The notes under the pieces are model-generated. The model did not search any database, was not told where the DNA came from, and saw nothing but the letters and a program-made list of their open reading frames with translations. The translations under genes and the position numbers were made by a program. A stretch of DNA of 64,000 nucleotides, taken from contig CM052816.1 in the NCBI GenBank assembly GCA_028534125.1, forward strand, positions 4,776,001 through 4,840,000. Reading direction: 5' to 3'. The stretch is from Lama glama (Eukaryota). Each line of letters opens with the position of its first letter. Positions within the stretch are counted from its first letter, which is position 1. Positions 51,701-64,000 of this stretch are shown here, piece by piece.

Positions 51701-52516
51701 CAAAACGTATTAAAGTTACCTTGTTATAACTTGGCTACTCCAACACCCCTTCTGCAGGGGCTGTAAATTCCTCACGCAACTCCTCTGCGCTCCATCACCG
51801 TGAAGACTGAAAGCTTTTACAACATCACTATAGATGCAGAAATGTTGCCAGGGAGCCCAGGAACATAAAGACATAAAAGCTCCAGTCACAATCCTCGGAG
51901 CCAAACGCCCACTCAATCAGGCAAATGAAGTTTCTCTAGTGCCCCAGGGGAACTCTAAGATTGCAATGGATACGGCTCTCACGCTTGAAATTCTTGAAAG
52001 TACCTGCTGTCAACCTGCGCTCTGTGGCCACTGGTGACCCATAAAAAGCCTTTCTGGGCTCATGTAAGAAGTATGGAGTTCTTGCTGTTGATAAGCTCCA
52101 CCCTCAGTTCCTTTGTATGAAAAGACTGTTTCGTTTTATTGCATAATCTCACTGTGTCTGAAATTATTATTTTTATCTTTGTTTATTCCATTTCTCCCAA
52201 CACATTCCAGGAAAACAAGGAGTTCATCGGGTTAGCTCAGAACTGTCTCCTCAGTGCCCAGTGTCTGACAGACAATAGGTGCTTGATAAATATTATTGGA
52301 TGGATGGACAGTGAGTAAGACAAAGGTGCTGTCTGGATGACTCATCCCACCCAAAGATTTTACAGATGGAACAGCTGATTTTTCATGCCCTCATGTTTAT
52401 AGTACAACTATGAGTTGGTTTTCTCTTGTACACAAATCTTTTCGCCCCCAATACCAGGCACCCTATCATTTGGACCCCAGTCTCACAAGTACTTCTCTTC
52501 TGTGCCTCTGTGAGAA

Positions 52517-52662
52517 TTGTTGTTTGTTTGTTTGTTTGTTTTGGAGAGGGGTGTAATTAGGTTTACTTACTTATTTATTTTTAGAGGAAGTACTGGGGAT
52601 TGAACCCAGGATCTCGTGCGTGCTAAGCATGTGCTCTACCACTTGAGCTATACCCTCCCCTC
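52517..52662 (-). mobile_element. Vic-1-type SINE with (GTTT)n tail
   Basis: gtactggggattgaacccaggatctcgtgcgtgctaagcatgtgctctaccacttgagctataccctcccc; no clear TSD. Confidence 0.92.
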
Positions 52663-55204
52663 TGGTCACACACATTGGAAGGCAAGGTCTAAGATATCAT
52701 AAGGGAGGCTGGGGAATTTAACATGCTGGGAAAGTTTACAAGCCACTTTCTGAAGATTTCCGGGGCACCTAATTAAATTCAAACATATTTAACGGCACTT
52801 CCTCCATACTAACAACCTGGGAAGCCTGGTGAGAAGTAAGCAGCTTCAAACAGAATAGCATCCTTTATTGGTTTATTGTATTGGGAGCCATAAAGAATCT
52901 TGTTTGAGAGAGAAAAGGGGTTTCTCAGGTTAAAAAAAAATTAAAACCACTCTTCTAGATAATACATAAAGTTCTTCCATTTCTAACTTTCTACCCTTCT
53001 CCCATTTCCACTCAAGGACTCCAAGCTCTCCTTCCGCTATACCTTCCACACGAGTAAGATAGATACATCTACAATGGAGCTCTGAGTCTTATTAATACAT
53101 ACAGATCTGTATTTCCTTCAAAAATGGGAATATAACATTACACCCTACTGATTTCTATACCTTCAAATCTTTTTTGATCTTTATGACAGGCTTGTGAATT
53201 TTGTATGATAGACGTTTTATCTCCCGTCCCCCAAAATGGCATTTGAGGAAGGAGCAATGCTGACATTTGTCCAAAATCTCCTAGTACGTTACGGCTTAGT
53301 GAGGCCAGACTCAATTCCTGACCTCGCCCTCTTTGCCCTGGTTGAGGACAGCAAAATGGATGATGCTCTTTCCTCCGCAACCGCTGGTGGTACTACTAAA
53401 CAACCATTGCCCTTCTTCCTGCTGTACCTAGAGGCAACTTTATTTAGAAACCACCAGCAATCAATGTCGGGTTGCAATCTCAGAGTTGAAACCTATTTGC
53501 CTTCACTGCATTAACCAAATTCCCTCTGTAAATTAGGAAGCTTCTGATTTCACAAAACAAAACATAACAAACAACAAACAAAACTGTACAGAGTGAAAAC
53601 TACTGCTTGCAAAAGGAGTAGGCATGTGAGAGGGATACAGGAAGGTGAGTTAGTAAGACAGGAGGTGAATTTTGGATTTTACATTCTATAGTTGCCAGAA
53701 AGTCATAAGCCCTGGGTTTAATTTTCCTCTAGTTGCTGTAAAAAGCAAGGATGAATCACAGTCACCACCATGAAATATTCAACTGGTACCTGCAAATGGT
53801 TGTTAATTACATTCCCTGCTTCCACTAAGGAGGGAAATGACGATTTCAACCTCTCCCTGGGTGACCAATGTGTACATATTCCATCCCTAATCCCTCCACG
53901 AAAACATTTAAATGCTGCTTTTTACAATCAACCCAGCTTTAAATGCGGCAGTTTTAGAGGTGATGTGCTAACTCTGAAATAACAGCTTACATAAACTCAA
54001 ATGAACCTCAGTTATGGGAAAACAAATGTAGGTGCATCTCCTAGAATCTCTCTTTCTTTCTTGGGTGATTCATTCTTAGTCTTAATTTAGCCAAAAATGC
54101 TAAATAATAATAAAATTGACAACATACCTGAAGAGGTGAGTCAGCCAACACCAAGAGGTCATTTCCACTTAGATGCACTGACCGCATCTTCTATATTTTC
54201 CCCCAATAAGTAACTTTAAAAAGAGATGCTTCTTACCACTCTTGGCCATTCTTAAACAATGGTAAAAATAAACCTGACCACATAGTTCTCTTAATCTAGA
54301 TGATCTTGCATATTTGATTAAATATAGCTTTGAAAGACTTAAGGAATTATATGCCTTATTAATGCTTTCTTTAAGACTATTATAGCTGCAACCAGAAAAA
54401 AAAAATCCCATTTATTCTTCACTCAACCATATCATTGAATCATTCCGTGAAAGAAAGGGTAATATTTCAGACTTCATTCTTGCTATTGTTTGTATGGCAA
54501 TGTCATGATTTTCACATGTTACCATTTTATCCACATGACTTCACTGGACAAACCAAAGGGTATATAGACGTTTTATTATTTTTGGAAGTAGCTCTAGATC
54601 ATAGGTTCCAGGTGATGGAGCCATGACATAGGTAACCCTAATAAGAAAAAGAGAGAGAGAGATGCTTCTTAACTTAGCACTTAGCAGAAATAAAACCTAT
54701 TTATTATTTGCTGGATAACCAGAACAAAGATGGAAGTATGAGCATGTCCAGATTGATGACTTTCCCCAGGATACCAACCTAAATGAAGGCTGCTGAGACC
54801 ATCTGTGTCTGAGAACACCCTCCTTCTGAGTTCTGCAAAGAAGCTCCCCCAAAAAACTTCTGTAAACTGGAAACAAACCATTCTCCCCTGCACTGGTTAA
54901 ATTCTGGGCCTAAACTGACCCAATTCGGCTTCAGGACAAGTCGACAACTTGAGATCACTGAGTGTTTTCCTATTTAACTGTACTTTGAAAGCAGATTGTA
55001 TTCTCAGACACCTGTGGCCAACCGGTGTTTGGGAATTGGCCCATCTTGTTTGATGGAGGCCATCCAACTTGGAGGTGACTCACTTCAGCTTTCACTGTGA
55101 CCTCCGTCCCCCAGATTATTCTTGAAGGTGCACATATGGTGCATCTAGGCCTTGCATTTTGACTCTTCTGGCCAATCCCCCAACTCAAGTCTCTCCAACT
55201 TATT

Positions 55205-55440
55205 CATAATAAACAGCATTATTATATGCTTGACACTGCCCTAAGAGCACTACCAATGACATCTCACAAGAACTCAAAGTCTGAGGTAGGGACTGAGGCC
55301 ATCTCCATTTCACAAATGAGGATACCAAGGCTGGAAGAGACGGAAGAATTGCTCCCAAGACACCCAGCTAGTAAGTGGCAGAGTTTGGATTAAAAACCAG
55401 GATCCAGAGCCTTTGCACCAAGTTCTGCATAACCTGGCCT
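55205..55440 (-). mobile_element. MIR
   Basis: 'catctccatttcacaaatgaggataccaaggct...cccaagacacccagctagtaagtggcagag'. Confidence 0.8.
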
Positions 55441-57074
55441 CACAGCCAAGGACACTTCATTCAGACACACAAGGAAAAAGAGTGGATTCTGCCACAGTCC
55501 TTCATTCATCCATGTTGAACCAAGAAAACATTTTAATACCAGGATCTAAAAACATCAAGAAGATGATTTTCTTACTATTACCAACAATGGCTTAAAATCA
55601 AACGTCATGAGCATTTTTCTTTGAAACAGCTACAAGAGATGAGGAGAATCAGAGACCAGGAAGACTCCACCCTGAGGGCCAGTGATGGAGGAAGAGCCCC
55701 CATTCCCAGGGCAAGCAGGTTGGTAGCGTTCCGTGTGCTAGAAGCAACCACACGGGCCGTGGGGTCCAGGGTCAGTGCCAGCAGCCATCAGGACCTCATG
55801 GGTCTAGTTCTGTGGCCAGGATCTGTCCGCCGTGCAGCCTTGGTCCTGGCTGCCCGGGTCCCCAGCCTTTCGGGCCATCGTGGGGTTGCCCCATGTTCCT
55901 TCAACTCATTTCTTCTTGGCTTGTAACAGAAAGTCAGTTTCTGTTGCTTGCTTTGAGTAGACCAGGGGGGCAGAAATCCAGGATCACAAAGATCTCCATC
56001 CTCCACAATCCCTTGCCAATCACTTCACTAAAAGGGGCAAGGGAGGAGTGGGAGGATCAAGTTTTATGATACAGTCCAGAATCTGAAATTCTGCACCCAT
56101 GCATAAGATTATAAACCTATGTCTGAAGTTGACTGAAATAACTCACTTGTCCATGGCTACTGTAGCTAAATTTACCCGGCCTGCAGATGCCCCAAACAGT
56201 TCAAGTTTCTTCTTTGAACCATGGAGCTGGATCCCAGCAAAGATCATGGAGTTGACAGAAATATGAAGTATCCTGGGGAACAGGATAATGTGTCTCCAGA
56301 TTAAAGAGAAAATATTTGAGTGGCACTAAACAAGACAAGGAAATTTCCTGAGCGAAGAAAGCTTTTGTGAAAAAGAAAATTCTTCAAAAATTAAGTGAAT
56401 AATAGCTGACCTGCACAGAGTGCATAAGTCCCTGTGCTTTGCATTACTCCTGCACTTTCAAATCTGCATGCCTTTGTGGAGTGGGTTTTAAACATACACA
56501 TGCTACAAAATGATGCTGAAATGTTTCCTTCCAAGAAAAAAAACTTCTCCCTTAAAATTCCCAGCTGCTCATAATTGTGTTTCTGGTAAGATACCCACAC
56601 ACACTGTTTCATTCAACTACAGCTCATCCAGTGGTTTCTATGTGGTAATAAGCACTTGGGTACACCTAAGAATACACAGATGAACAGGATCCACCCTTGT
56701 CCCTGAGGACTCCTGGGCTTGATCAGAAATGGCCTCATGAACAGATACTCTCAATGAAGGGTGACAGGCACCCTGATGGTGGAGGAGCTGCCTGGGGAAA
56801 CCTAGAAAGGCAAGATATATTTACAGAAATCTCAAAGGGAAAAAATACAACAAAGTTGACTCAACTAATAAGTAAGTCATCGACTTTGCCGTTTTACATG
56901 CTACAGGTGCCTGCATCCATGTCCTCCATCCTAGCAATATTCCAATTTCCTCTTGGGGACTGACTCCTACACCACTGTGTGCAATGGAGGGAGGGTAATT
57001 CTAAGTTCTGGTTCTAAAGTCACCAGAACACTTCTGTCCTCACTCTCAGAAAAGTTAAGAGAGCAGACCTGTGG

Positions 57075-57390
57075 CCTATGCTCAACCAGCTGGACCTGCT
57101 TCTGGGACTTTGAGTCTGAAACAGATACTGCAGGGAGAGAAGGAAGAGGTGATGGTAAACCAACCCACAGACAAGCTAGCCTCTCACTGTCACAAAGCCA
57201 TTGCTTTGGCTCCTACTGCCCAGTCTTCCCCAGTTCTGTTTGGTTCCTGTCCTTTCTAAAACTTGATCCTCCAGCCTGTCCTGTCCTCTGCGAACCCCCA
57301 AGAGTTTCTCCCCATGGGCTCCAGTTCCCATAACCTTCTGTTAAATTCTCATTTGCTTAAGTAGCCAGAAGCTTTACAGTCAAGGACCCT
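57075..57390 (+). mobile_element. LTR16-like ERVL LTR 3' part
   Basis: 'ccttctgttaaattctcatttgcttaagtagccagaag' LTR16-type terminus. Confidence 0.5.
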
Positions 57391-57561
57391 TTGCAGCTGG
57401 ACCTTGCATGGTCCCAGCTCTCCTTGGTCTGGGTCACAGCTCCTTAGCAAAGACTATCAATCATTTTTTCCCTCCACTGCTACCTTCACACTCCTCTCAT
57501 CATTTGCCTTTCCTCTCAAGCGTTCAGCAGCTCAGTTCCTCATTTGAAAACTACAGCCTCA

Positions 57562-58765
57562 CATAAATCTTAGCTATGTTCTCCTAGGGCAGTCTACCCA
57601 GACAACAGAAATAAAAGCAAAAATTAACAAACAGGACCTAAACTTATAAGCTTTTGCCCAGCAAAGGAAACCATAAGCAAAACAAAACAACAACCTACAG
57701 AATGGGAGAAAATATTTGCTAATGGTGCGACTGGCAAAGGCTTAATTTCCAGAATATATAAACAGCTCATACAACTTTATAACAAAAAAACAAACAACCC
57801 AATCCAAAAATGAGCAGAAGACCTAAACAAGCAATTCTCCAATGAAGACATACAGATGGCCAATAGGCACATGAAAAAATGCTCAGTATCACTAATTATC
57901 AGAGAAATGCAAGTCAAAACTACAATGAGGTATCACCTCACACCAGTCAGAAGGGCCATCATTCAAAAGTTCACTAATGATAAATGCTGGAGAGGCTGTG
58001 GAGAAAAGGGAACCCTCCTACACTGTTGGTGGGAATGTAGTTTGGTGCAGCCATTATGGAAAATAGTATGGAGATTCCTCAAAAAACTAAAAGTAGAATT
58101 ACCATATGATCCAGCAATCTCACTCCTAGATACCTGGGTATATGTCTGGAGGGAACTCTAATTGCAAAAGATACATGCACCCCAATGCTCATAGCAGCAC
58201 TATATACAATAGCCAAGACATGGAGACAGCCTAAATGTCCATCAACAGATGACTGGATAAAGAAGCTATGGTATATTTATACAATGGAATACTACTCAGT
58301 GATAAAAAAGAATAAAATAATGCCATTTGCAGCAACGTGGATGGACCTGGAGATCACCATTCTAAGTGAAGCAAGCCAGAAAGAAAGAAAAATACCATAT
58401 GATATCACTCATATGTGAAATCTAAAAAAAAAAGGACACTATGAACTCATCAACAAAACAGAAGTAGACTCACAGACATAGTCAACAATCTTATGGTTAC
58501 CAGGGAAAGGGGGTGGGAGGATAAATTTGGGAGTTTGAGATTTGCAAACATTAGCTACTATATATAAAAATAAGATTTAAAAACCAAGTTTCTTCTGTAT
58601 AACACAGGGAACTATATTTAATATCTTGTAACAACCTTTAATGAAAAAGAATATGAAAATGAATATATGTATGTATATGCATGACTGGGACATTTTACTG
58701 TACACCAGAAATTGACACACTGTAACTGACTTTACTTCAATGTAAAAAAAAAAAAAAGAAAGAAA
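57562..58765 (+). mobile_element. Young 5'-truncated L1 with TSD (same subfamily as 2319-3390)
   Basis: ORFs 57856-58161 and 58185-58418 are frameshifted ORF2 C-terminus; poly-A; TSD gaaaactacagcctca 57546-57561 and gaaaatctacagcctca 58766-58782. Confidence 0.96.
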
Positions 58766-59154
58766 GAAAATCTACAGCCTCAAAACCCAAGCAGTTATTT
58801 TACATGGAGATTCTGGGCCATATCCAGGCACTGGTTCAGGATAAGCCAGGCAGACAGCCTCCCAAGCCTTTGAAAACCGTTAAATGTGTCGCAGGGTTGG
58901 CCACATATAGATTACTGAGCTGGAAAATGATGTGAGATCTCAAGTACCCTTGCTTCAGTTTTATGGATAATTAAGCTGAAAGCACTGCCAAAGTTTGAGG
59001 AATCAATTAAATTGAATGTATGGAATACCGTGCCCACCTGCACAACTTGTTTGGGAAGGTTGGCGGTTTACTGTCCAGACAGAGTGGCTACTGGAGCTTC
59101 CTGCTTAGTCTTCATTCAGAAAATGAATGGACTAAGAGCAGAGTTATTGCTGAG

Positions 59155-59490
59155 AATAATAAGCAGCTACTAATACTATTTATCAAGTGTTCCAAGAAGG
59201 CAGGAACCAGATCTACTTTGTTCATTGCCAAAGCTTCAAAGCCTAGCATGCTGGAGCAAGTACTCACTATGTACTTTTTGAATCAATGAACGTCAGGCGC
59301 AGGGCTTAGCACTTTATCTGCATTATCTCATTTAATCCTCTCCATCCTCTGCTAGGTGATATTCTCTACAGCAGGTGTGACAGTGGAGACTCTGAGAGGT
59401 TAAGCAACTAGGAAGTGATGGAGTTAGGACTTCAATCCCAGCTCAAGTGCTTCCAAGGCTTATGCTCTTAAGTGCCAAGCTGTACTGCTA
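59155..59490 (-). mobile_element. MIR with a sense L2 tail (about 59210-59292) inserted
   Basis: MIR 'gcactttatctgcattatctcatttaatcctc...gactctgagaggttaagcaact'; L2 tail 'tttgttcattgcc...agtactcactatgtactttttgaatcaatgaa'. Confidence 0.7.
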
Positions 59491-59619
59491 TGTCCTATGC
59501 TGCCTTAGCACCATGACCAGGGAGCCCACCACCCAGCGGAGGAGGCAGATATGGGCAGAACTATTCTCACAGGCAGTCAAGCAAGGTTAAGGAATGAACC
59601 ACAGGCAATGTCCACTGTC

Positions 59620-60420
59620 CATTGCCACAACTTTAGTTTGACAAATCTCACCTGACTGCCTACTGTTACCACCTCCTCACTGATTTCCATGTTCCAGATA
59701 TGTTCGCCTAATATCCATTCATCACGCTGCTGGAAATGGGATATTTCTACCACCAATTAGGTCATTTCATTCTCCTACCTAAAATTTCTCCATAGTTTTG
59801 TCACTGTCTCTAGGACAGAGTCAAAAGCCTTACTACTCAGAGTGTGGTCCATGGAACAGCAGCATCGTCATCACCTGCGAGCCTGTCAGAAATGCGGAAT
59901 CTCAGGTTCTACCCCAGATCTTCTGAATCCAAACCTGCACTTTAACAAGATCACCAGGTGATTCACAAGTACATGAAAGTTTGAGAAGCAGCAGGGATGA
60001 AGTCTTTTTAAAAAAAACCCTTCAAGGTTACGTGACCTAGCTACCTCTACAGCCAAATCTTCAATCTCTTCGCCACTTACACGCCAGCCACTCTGTTGCT
60101 TGCATATGCCAGGAATTTAAATGTGCTATTTATGCCCTTCTATCCTACCCTCCTTTTGCCTGGGCAACACCTTCCTAGTTCCCTCAGCCTTAGCTTAAAC
60201 ACGATTCTTCTCCAGAAGCCATCTTTGCCCATCTTCCGTATCCCTAGCCCTATGGGGCTATGTTAGACGGCCCTGCTACGCATGCTTACAGCCCCATGCC
60301 ATACCCATTTGCAGCTGTGTGTTAAACTGTATCTCTCTCCAGGACAATAAGGAAAGGGATTGGGTCTGTCTTATTCTTATTATATCCCTGCAGCAGCACC
60401 GGGCAAAAAGCACTTAATTA
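59620..60420 (+). mobile_element. L2 interrupted by MER5A1
   Basis: 'tctcacctgactgcctactgttaccacctcctcactgatttcc', tail 'tatatccctgcagcagcaccgggcaaaaagcacttaatta'. Confidence 0.7.
59828..59993 (+). mobile_element. MER5A1-like MITE
   Basis: 'ctactcagagtgtggtccatggaacagcagcatc...agaaatgcggaatctcagg...aaagtttgagaagca'. Confidence 0.85.
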
Positions 60421-61090
60421 AACCAACCACTCTAATAAAAAAAAAAAAAACAATGTTCAACTTCCTAATTATACGGTCTTTCAGCCCACATTTCTACCTC
60501 CAACCACCCCCGCCCCAAACTGAAAAAAAAGAAAGATGCGTGAAACCTGTTTATACAGCATTTCTCTCCCTATTGACTTTTGTGAGGAATCAATAGTAGA
60601 GGTGACAGACAGCTGATGCCAACACAGACTCATGCACGCTCACCTACATGAAATAGCACCAATTACTCGTCCAGATAAAGGGAGAAGGAATTTATACACC
60701 TGAGTCAAAAGGGCTCGGCGAAGGAATATTAGAAAAGAAAATTAAGTCTGCAGTGTGTGCTGAGTCATGAAGCCATTGTGGGAAGACCTATGAAGCTTCA
60801 AGAAGCAAGGGATGGGAAGGTAAGAAAATATTTTAACAGATAGCATACAAAAAAAAAAAAAGAAGTGTTATGCATTTTCCAGTGCCATCTGTCTCCAATT
60901 TTCTTAAGAGCTCAGTTGGACTCTGGGGAATAAGTGAAAAACTAGAGGATTTTTTTTTTAAACTTGTGACAAAATCCAGGCAGAGATAGAAGAATAAGGA
61001 AGATTCTTCACACCCATGGTGACAACCTAAATCATCTCTTTTCCCTAATTCCAATAAGGTCCCGTCTTGATACCATCTTGCATAAATCTA

Positions 61091-61590
61091 NNNNNNNNNN
61101 NNNNNNNNNNNNNNNNNNNNNNNNNNNNNNNNNNNNNNNNNNNNNNNNNNNNNNNNNNNNNNNNNNNNNNNNNNNNNNNNNNNNNNNNNNNNNNNNNNNN
61201 NNNNNNNNNNNNNNNNNNNNNNNNNNNNNNNNNNNNNNNNNNNNNNNNNNNNNNNNNNNNNNNNNNNNNNNNNNNNNNNNNNNNNNNNNNNNNNNNNNNN
61301 NNNNNNNNNNNNNNNNNNNNNNNNNNNNNNNNNNNNNNNNNNNNNNNNNNNNNNNNNNNNNNNNNNNNNNNNNNNNNNNNNNNNNNNNNNNNNNNNNNNN
61401 NNNNNNNNNNNNNNNNNNNNNNNNNNNNNNNNNNNNNNNNNNNNNNNNNNNNNNNNNNNNNNNNNNNNNNNNNNNNNNNNNNNNNNNNNNNNNNNNNNNN
61501 NNNNNNNNNNNNNNNNNNNNNNNNNNNNNNNNNNNNNNNNNNNNNNNNNNNNNNNNNNNNNNNNNNNNNNNNNNNNNNNNNNNNNNNNNN
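61091..61590. other. Assembly gap (500 N)
   Basis: Run of exactly 500 N. Confidence 1.
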
Positions 61591-61905
61591 GGATACACAC
61601 ATGCACACAGAGACACCTGCACACTAAAAGAAGTACTTGCACAGAAAGAGATACACTCACACAAACAGACACACACACGCCCAGAGAGAGAGACATGCAC
61701 AGAGCAATACCGAGGCTTACACTCAGAAAGACACAGAAAAAGACAGACACACAGAGAGACCCAAAGACGCACACACATAGACACATAGACACATACGCAC
61801 AGACACACAGGGACACACAGGGGCACATATACACACAGTGACCCTCACACAGAGATAAACAGACATACACAGAGGCACATGCACAGAAGCAGACCTACAC
61901 ACACT
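61591..61905. repeat. Degenerate CA/CAGA-rich low-complexity tract
   Basis: Repeated cacac/agacac/cacaga units abutting the gap. Confidence 0.9.
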
Positions 61906-62544
61906 CTTCGCTTTCTAATAAACTTCATTTCATCAGCCCAAGGTGGAAAATCCACTTTTCTGTGGGATTTTACCAATGTGAGTCACAGACAACATCCTAG
62001 CCCCAGACCTGGTTCCATAAAGAACAGGCCTCCCTCTGTGAGCTCAGGGACAAGAGCTCGTTAAATGGAAGATTATGGCTCTCAGCAGAACTAGCGTGTG
62101 ACGGTCTGTACAGCACTCCTCCACTTATTAATCAATCATTCATAACCTAGTTTGTGTTGAGATAGTCTCAGAGGCTGTTATGCTTATTATGAGGAATCAG
62201 GGATGCCTGGTAGCTGTCACATTGGGTTCTGATGACCCCATCTGGGGGCCGAATCCCTATTGTAACTGTCACATTTGCTTTAGGAACATGCTATTTGTAG
62301 CATCATCTGATTTCCCAAGAACAGAAGCATTTACTCTTCGTGCTAAAAACTGTAATGGATCTCTGCAGAGAGGTGAGGGCAGAGAAGGACCAGGTATAAG
62401 AGTGAGAAAGTAAGAGAAAATTAAGAGTAACAGAGAATTCAAACTGTGGTCATTTAGGCTCTTAGGCTCTGGAAATAATGAAAGCCATCTTTATCTTCTT
62501 TCTTCAACACTTCCTGATTAGACCAGACTCTCATTATGGAAAGT

Positions 62545-62720
62545 TTATGCAGACACTGTTGGCCACCTACCCAAATCCATTCTTCCCTGAGGCCATTCCA
62601 CGACTGCAGAGCCCCAGGTTGAAGAGCAGTTATCTGCCTACTTCCATGAGACGGTATTTTCAAGGAAAGTCATCCTATCCTCAGCCCGGGGCGGGAAGGG
62701 TATCCTGATTAGGCTAAGCT
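62545..62720 (+). mobile_element. MLT1-like LTR 5' fragment
   Basis: 'cagacactgttggccacctacccaaatccattcttcc...ctgattaggctaagc'. Confidence 0.5.
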
Positions 62721-63070
62721 GAAAAAAAAAAAAACTTAGAATTCTATACCCAGTGCAGATATCTTTTGGAAAGAAAGGTAAAATACTTTTTAAGATGTAA
62801 AGAAAAAAAAGCTGAAAGAATCCATCGCCAGCAGCCACACACTGTAAGACGTGTAAAAGGAAGTCCATCAAGCAGAAGGAAAATGGCACCAGACAAAAAT
62901 CATGATCTACACAAAGGAATGCAAAGCACTGGACATGGTAAATATGTGGGTAAATAAACAGTCATTTGTTCTTATTTTTAAATCACTTCAAAATGTTTAA
63001 AGAATAAAAATAAAATATGAGGAGGTATTTTACTATAAAAGTATTATATAAACTATATGATGGCAATACA
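62721..63070 (+). mobile_element. Old L1 ORF1 C-terminal region remnant
   Basis: 'cttagaattctatacccagtgcagatatc...gctgaaagaatccatcgccagcag...caaaggaatgcaaagcactggacatggtaaatatgtgggtaaata'. Confidence 0.75.
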
Positions 63071-64000
63071 AAAATACTTTCATGATCAAGCAATTGAAAA
63101 GACACATTAAAAAGCAAATGCATTCAGTAATAATTTTCAACGGATGTTTTTTAACTTTAATCAAACCATCTACACATGCTTAGAAATAGTCATGCACGTG
63201 TGTGTAAGTACATTTATGTAAATTGCTTATTCTTAGTGAACATATGGATTTGTGGACCTCTTGCAACAACCCCCAGCCCAGGGTGTTCTACCAGCTGCAG
63301 ACAGGGAATCAGAGGACTAAGATTTTTTCATAAATCGGACAAGAATCCTGTGGCAGTATAAACACTGACACGTTCCTGCTTGTTAGCACTTTGATAACAG
63401 TCTACTTTATATATTTGGGTTTTTTAAATCTACATTATCATCATACCCACTATACCATAAAGCAGAGTCTTCCACACAACAGGCAGCCGGTAAATCGCTG
63501 TCCAGTGAATAAATGGCATCTCCAATATCACTAATATATGGTGATTATTTTCTGATGTTTACTAAAGAAGTGTTAAGTCCTGATTCACAAGTGGCAGGAC
63601 CAATATCTAAACTTGAATTTCTCTTCTCGGTTATCTCTGCCTTTCCACTGCGCTTCTTCAAGTTCACGCCAGTGTCTCCAGCGACACCAGCCACATTCCC
63701 TGAGGCTACACAGCCCTGGCAGAACCCACCACAACAAATCAATCTTCAGAGCTGGACTCAAGAGGATAAATTTAAATCACAAAAGAGTGCACGTCAGAGT
63801 TGCAATTATGATCAGTGAAGCAGACCCCAGTATGTTGTGCATAATTAAAGTGACTGTCAGATTGCTCAGTATATATCAGCTTGGAAAAACATCTCTTTCT
63901 ATATGAGAATAAAAATGAGACATGAGGAGACTGTTGTACCTAAATGAAAACTTAACTTTGAAATAACTTTACCACTTCCATACCCTGGTGATGAAGACTG

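Noticed and set aside
63513..63960. Possible exon in repeat-free sequence (ORFs on both strands; minus-strand acceptor-like ttttcatttag near 63940)
   Set aside because: No recognisable protein, stops in flanking frames and no paired splice sites; cannot be supported without RNA data.
1..64000. CRISPR arrays, operons or other prokaryotic systems
   Set aside because: The sequence is mammalian repeat-rich non-coding DNA with no repeat-spacer arrays or gene-dense regions.

Overview
Mammalian non-coding DNA (CpG-depleted, no CpG island, no supportable protein-coding exon). Five copies of a tRNA-Ala-derived SINE matching the camelid Vic-1 type point to a camelid genome (alpaca/camel; inferred, not verified). 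Roughly half or more of the window is interspersed repeat: young and old 5'-truncated L1s (several with readable target-site duplications, TSDs), L2, CR1/L3, many MIRs, hAT MITEs (MER3, MER33, MER5, MER45A) and solo LTRs (ERV1, MER34-like, MLT1, LTR16/LTR33). Two exactly 500-N scaffold gaps (12420-12919, 61091-61590) split the window. Long ORFs in the track are decayed L1 ORF1/ORF2 fragments or N-gap artefacts. I see no new gene system. The most interesting observations are three short TSD-bounded chimeric retro-insertions with non-canonical 3' ends, an ancient twin-primed 5'-inverted L1, an intact-looking ERV1 solo LTR, a hairpin cluster, and several repeat-free motif-rich candidate enhancers. 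Repeat family names come from recalled consensus sequences, and boundaries of old elements are approximate.
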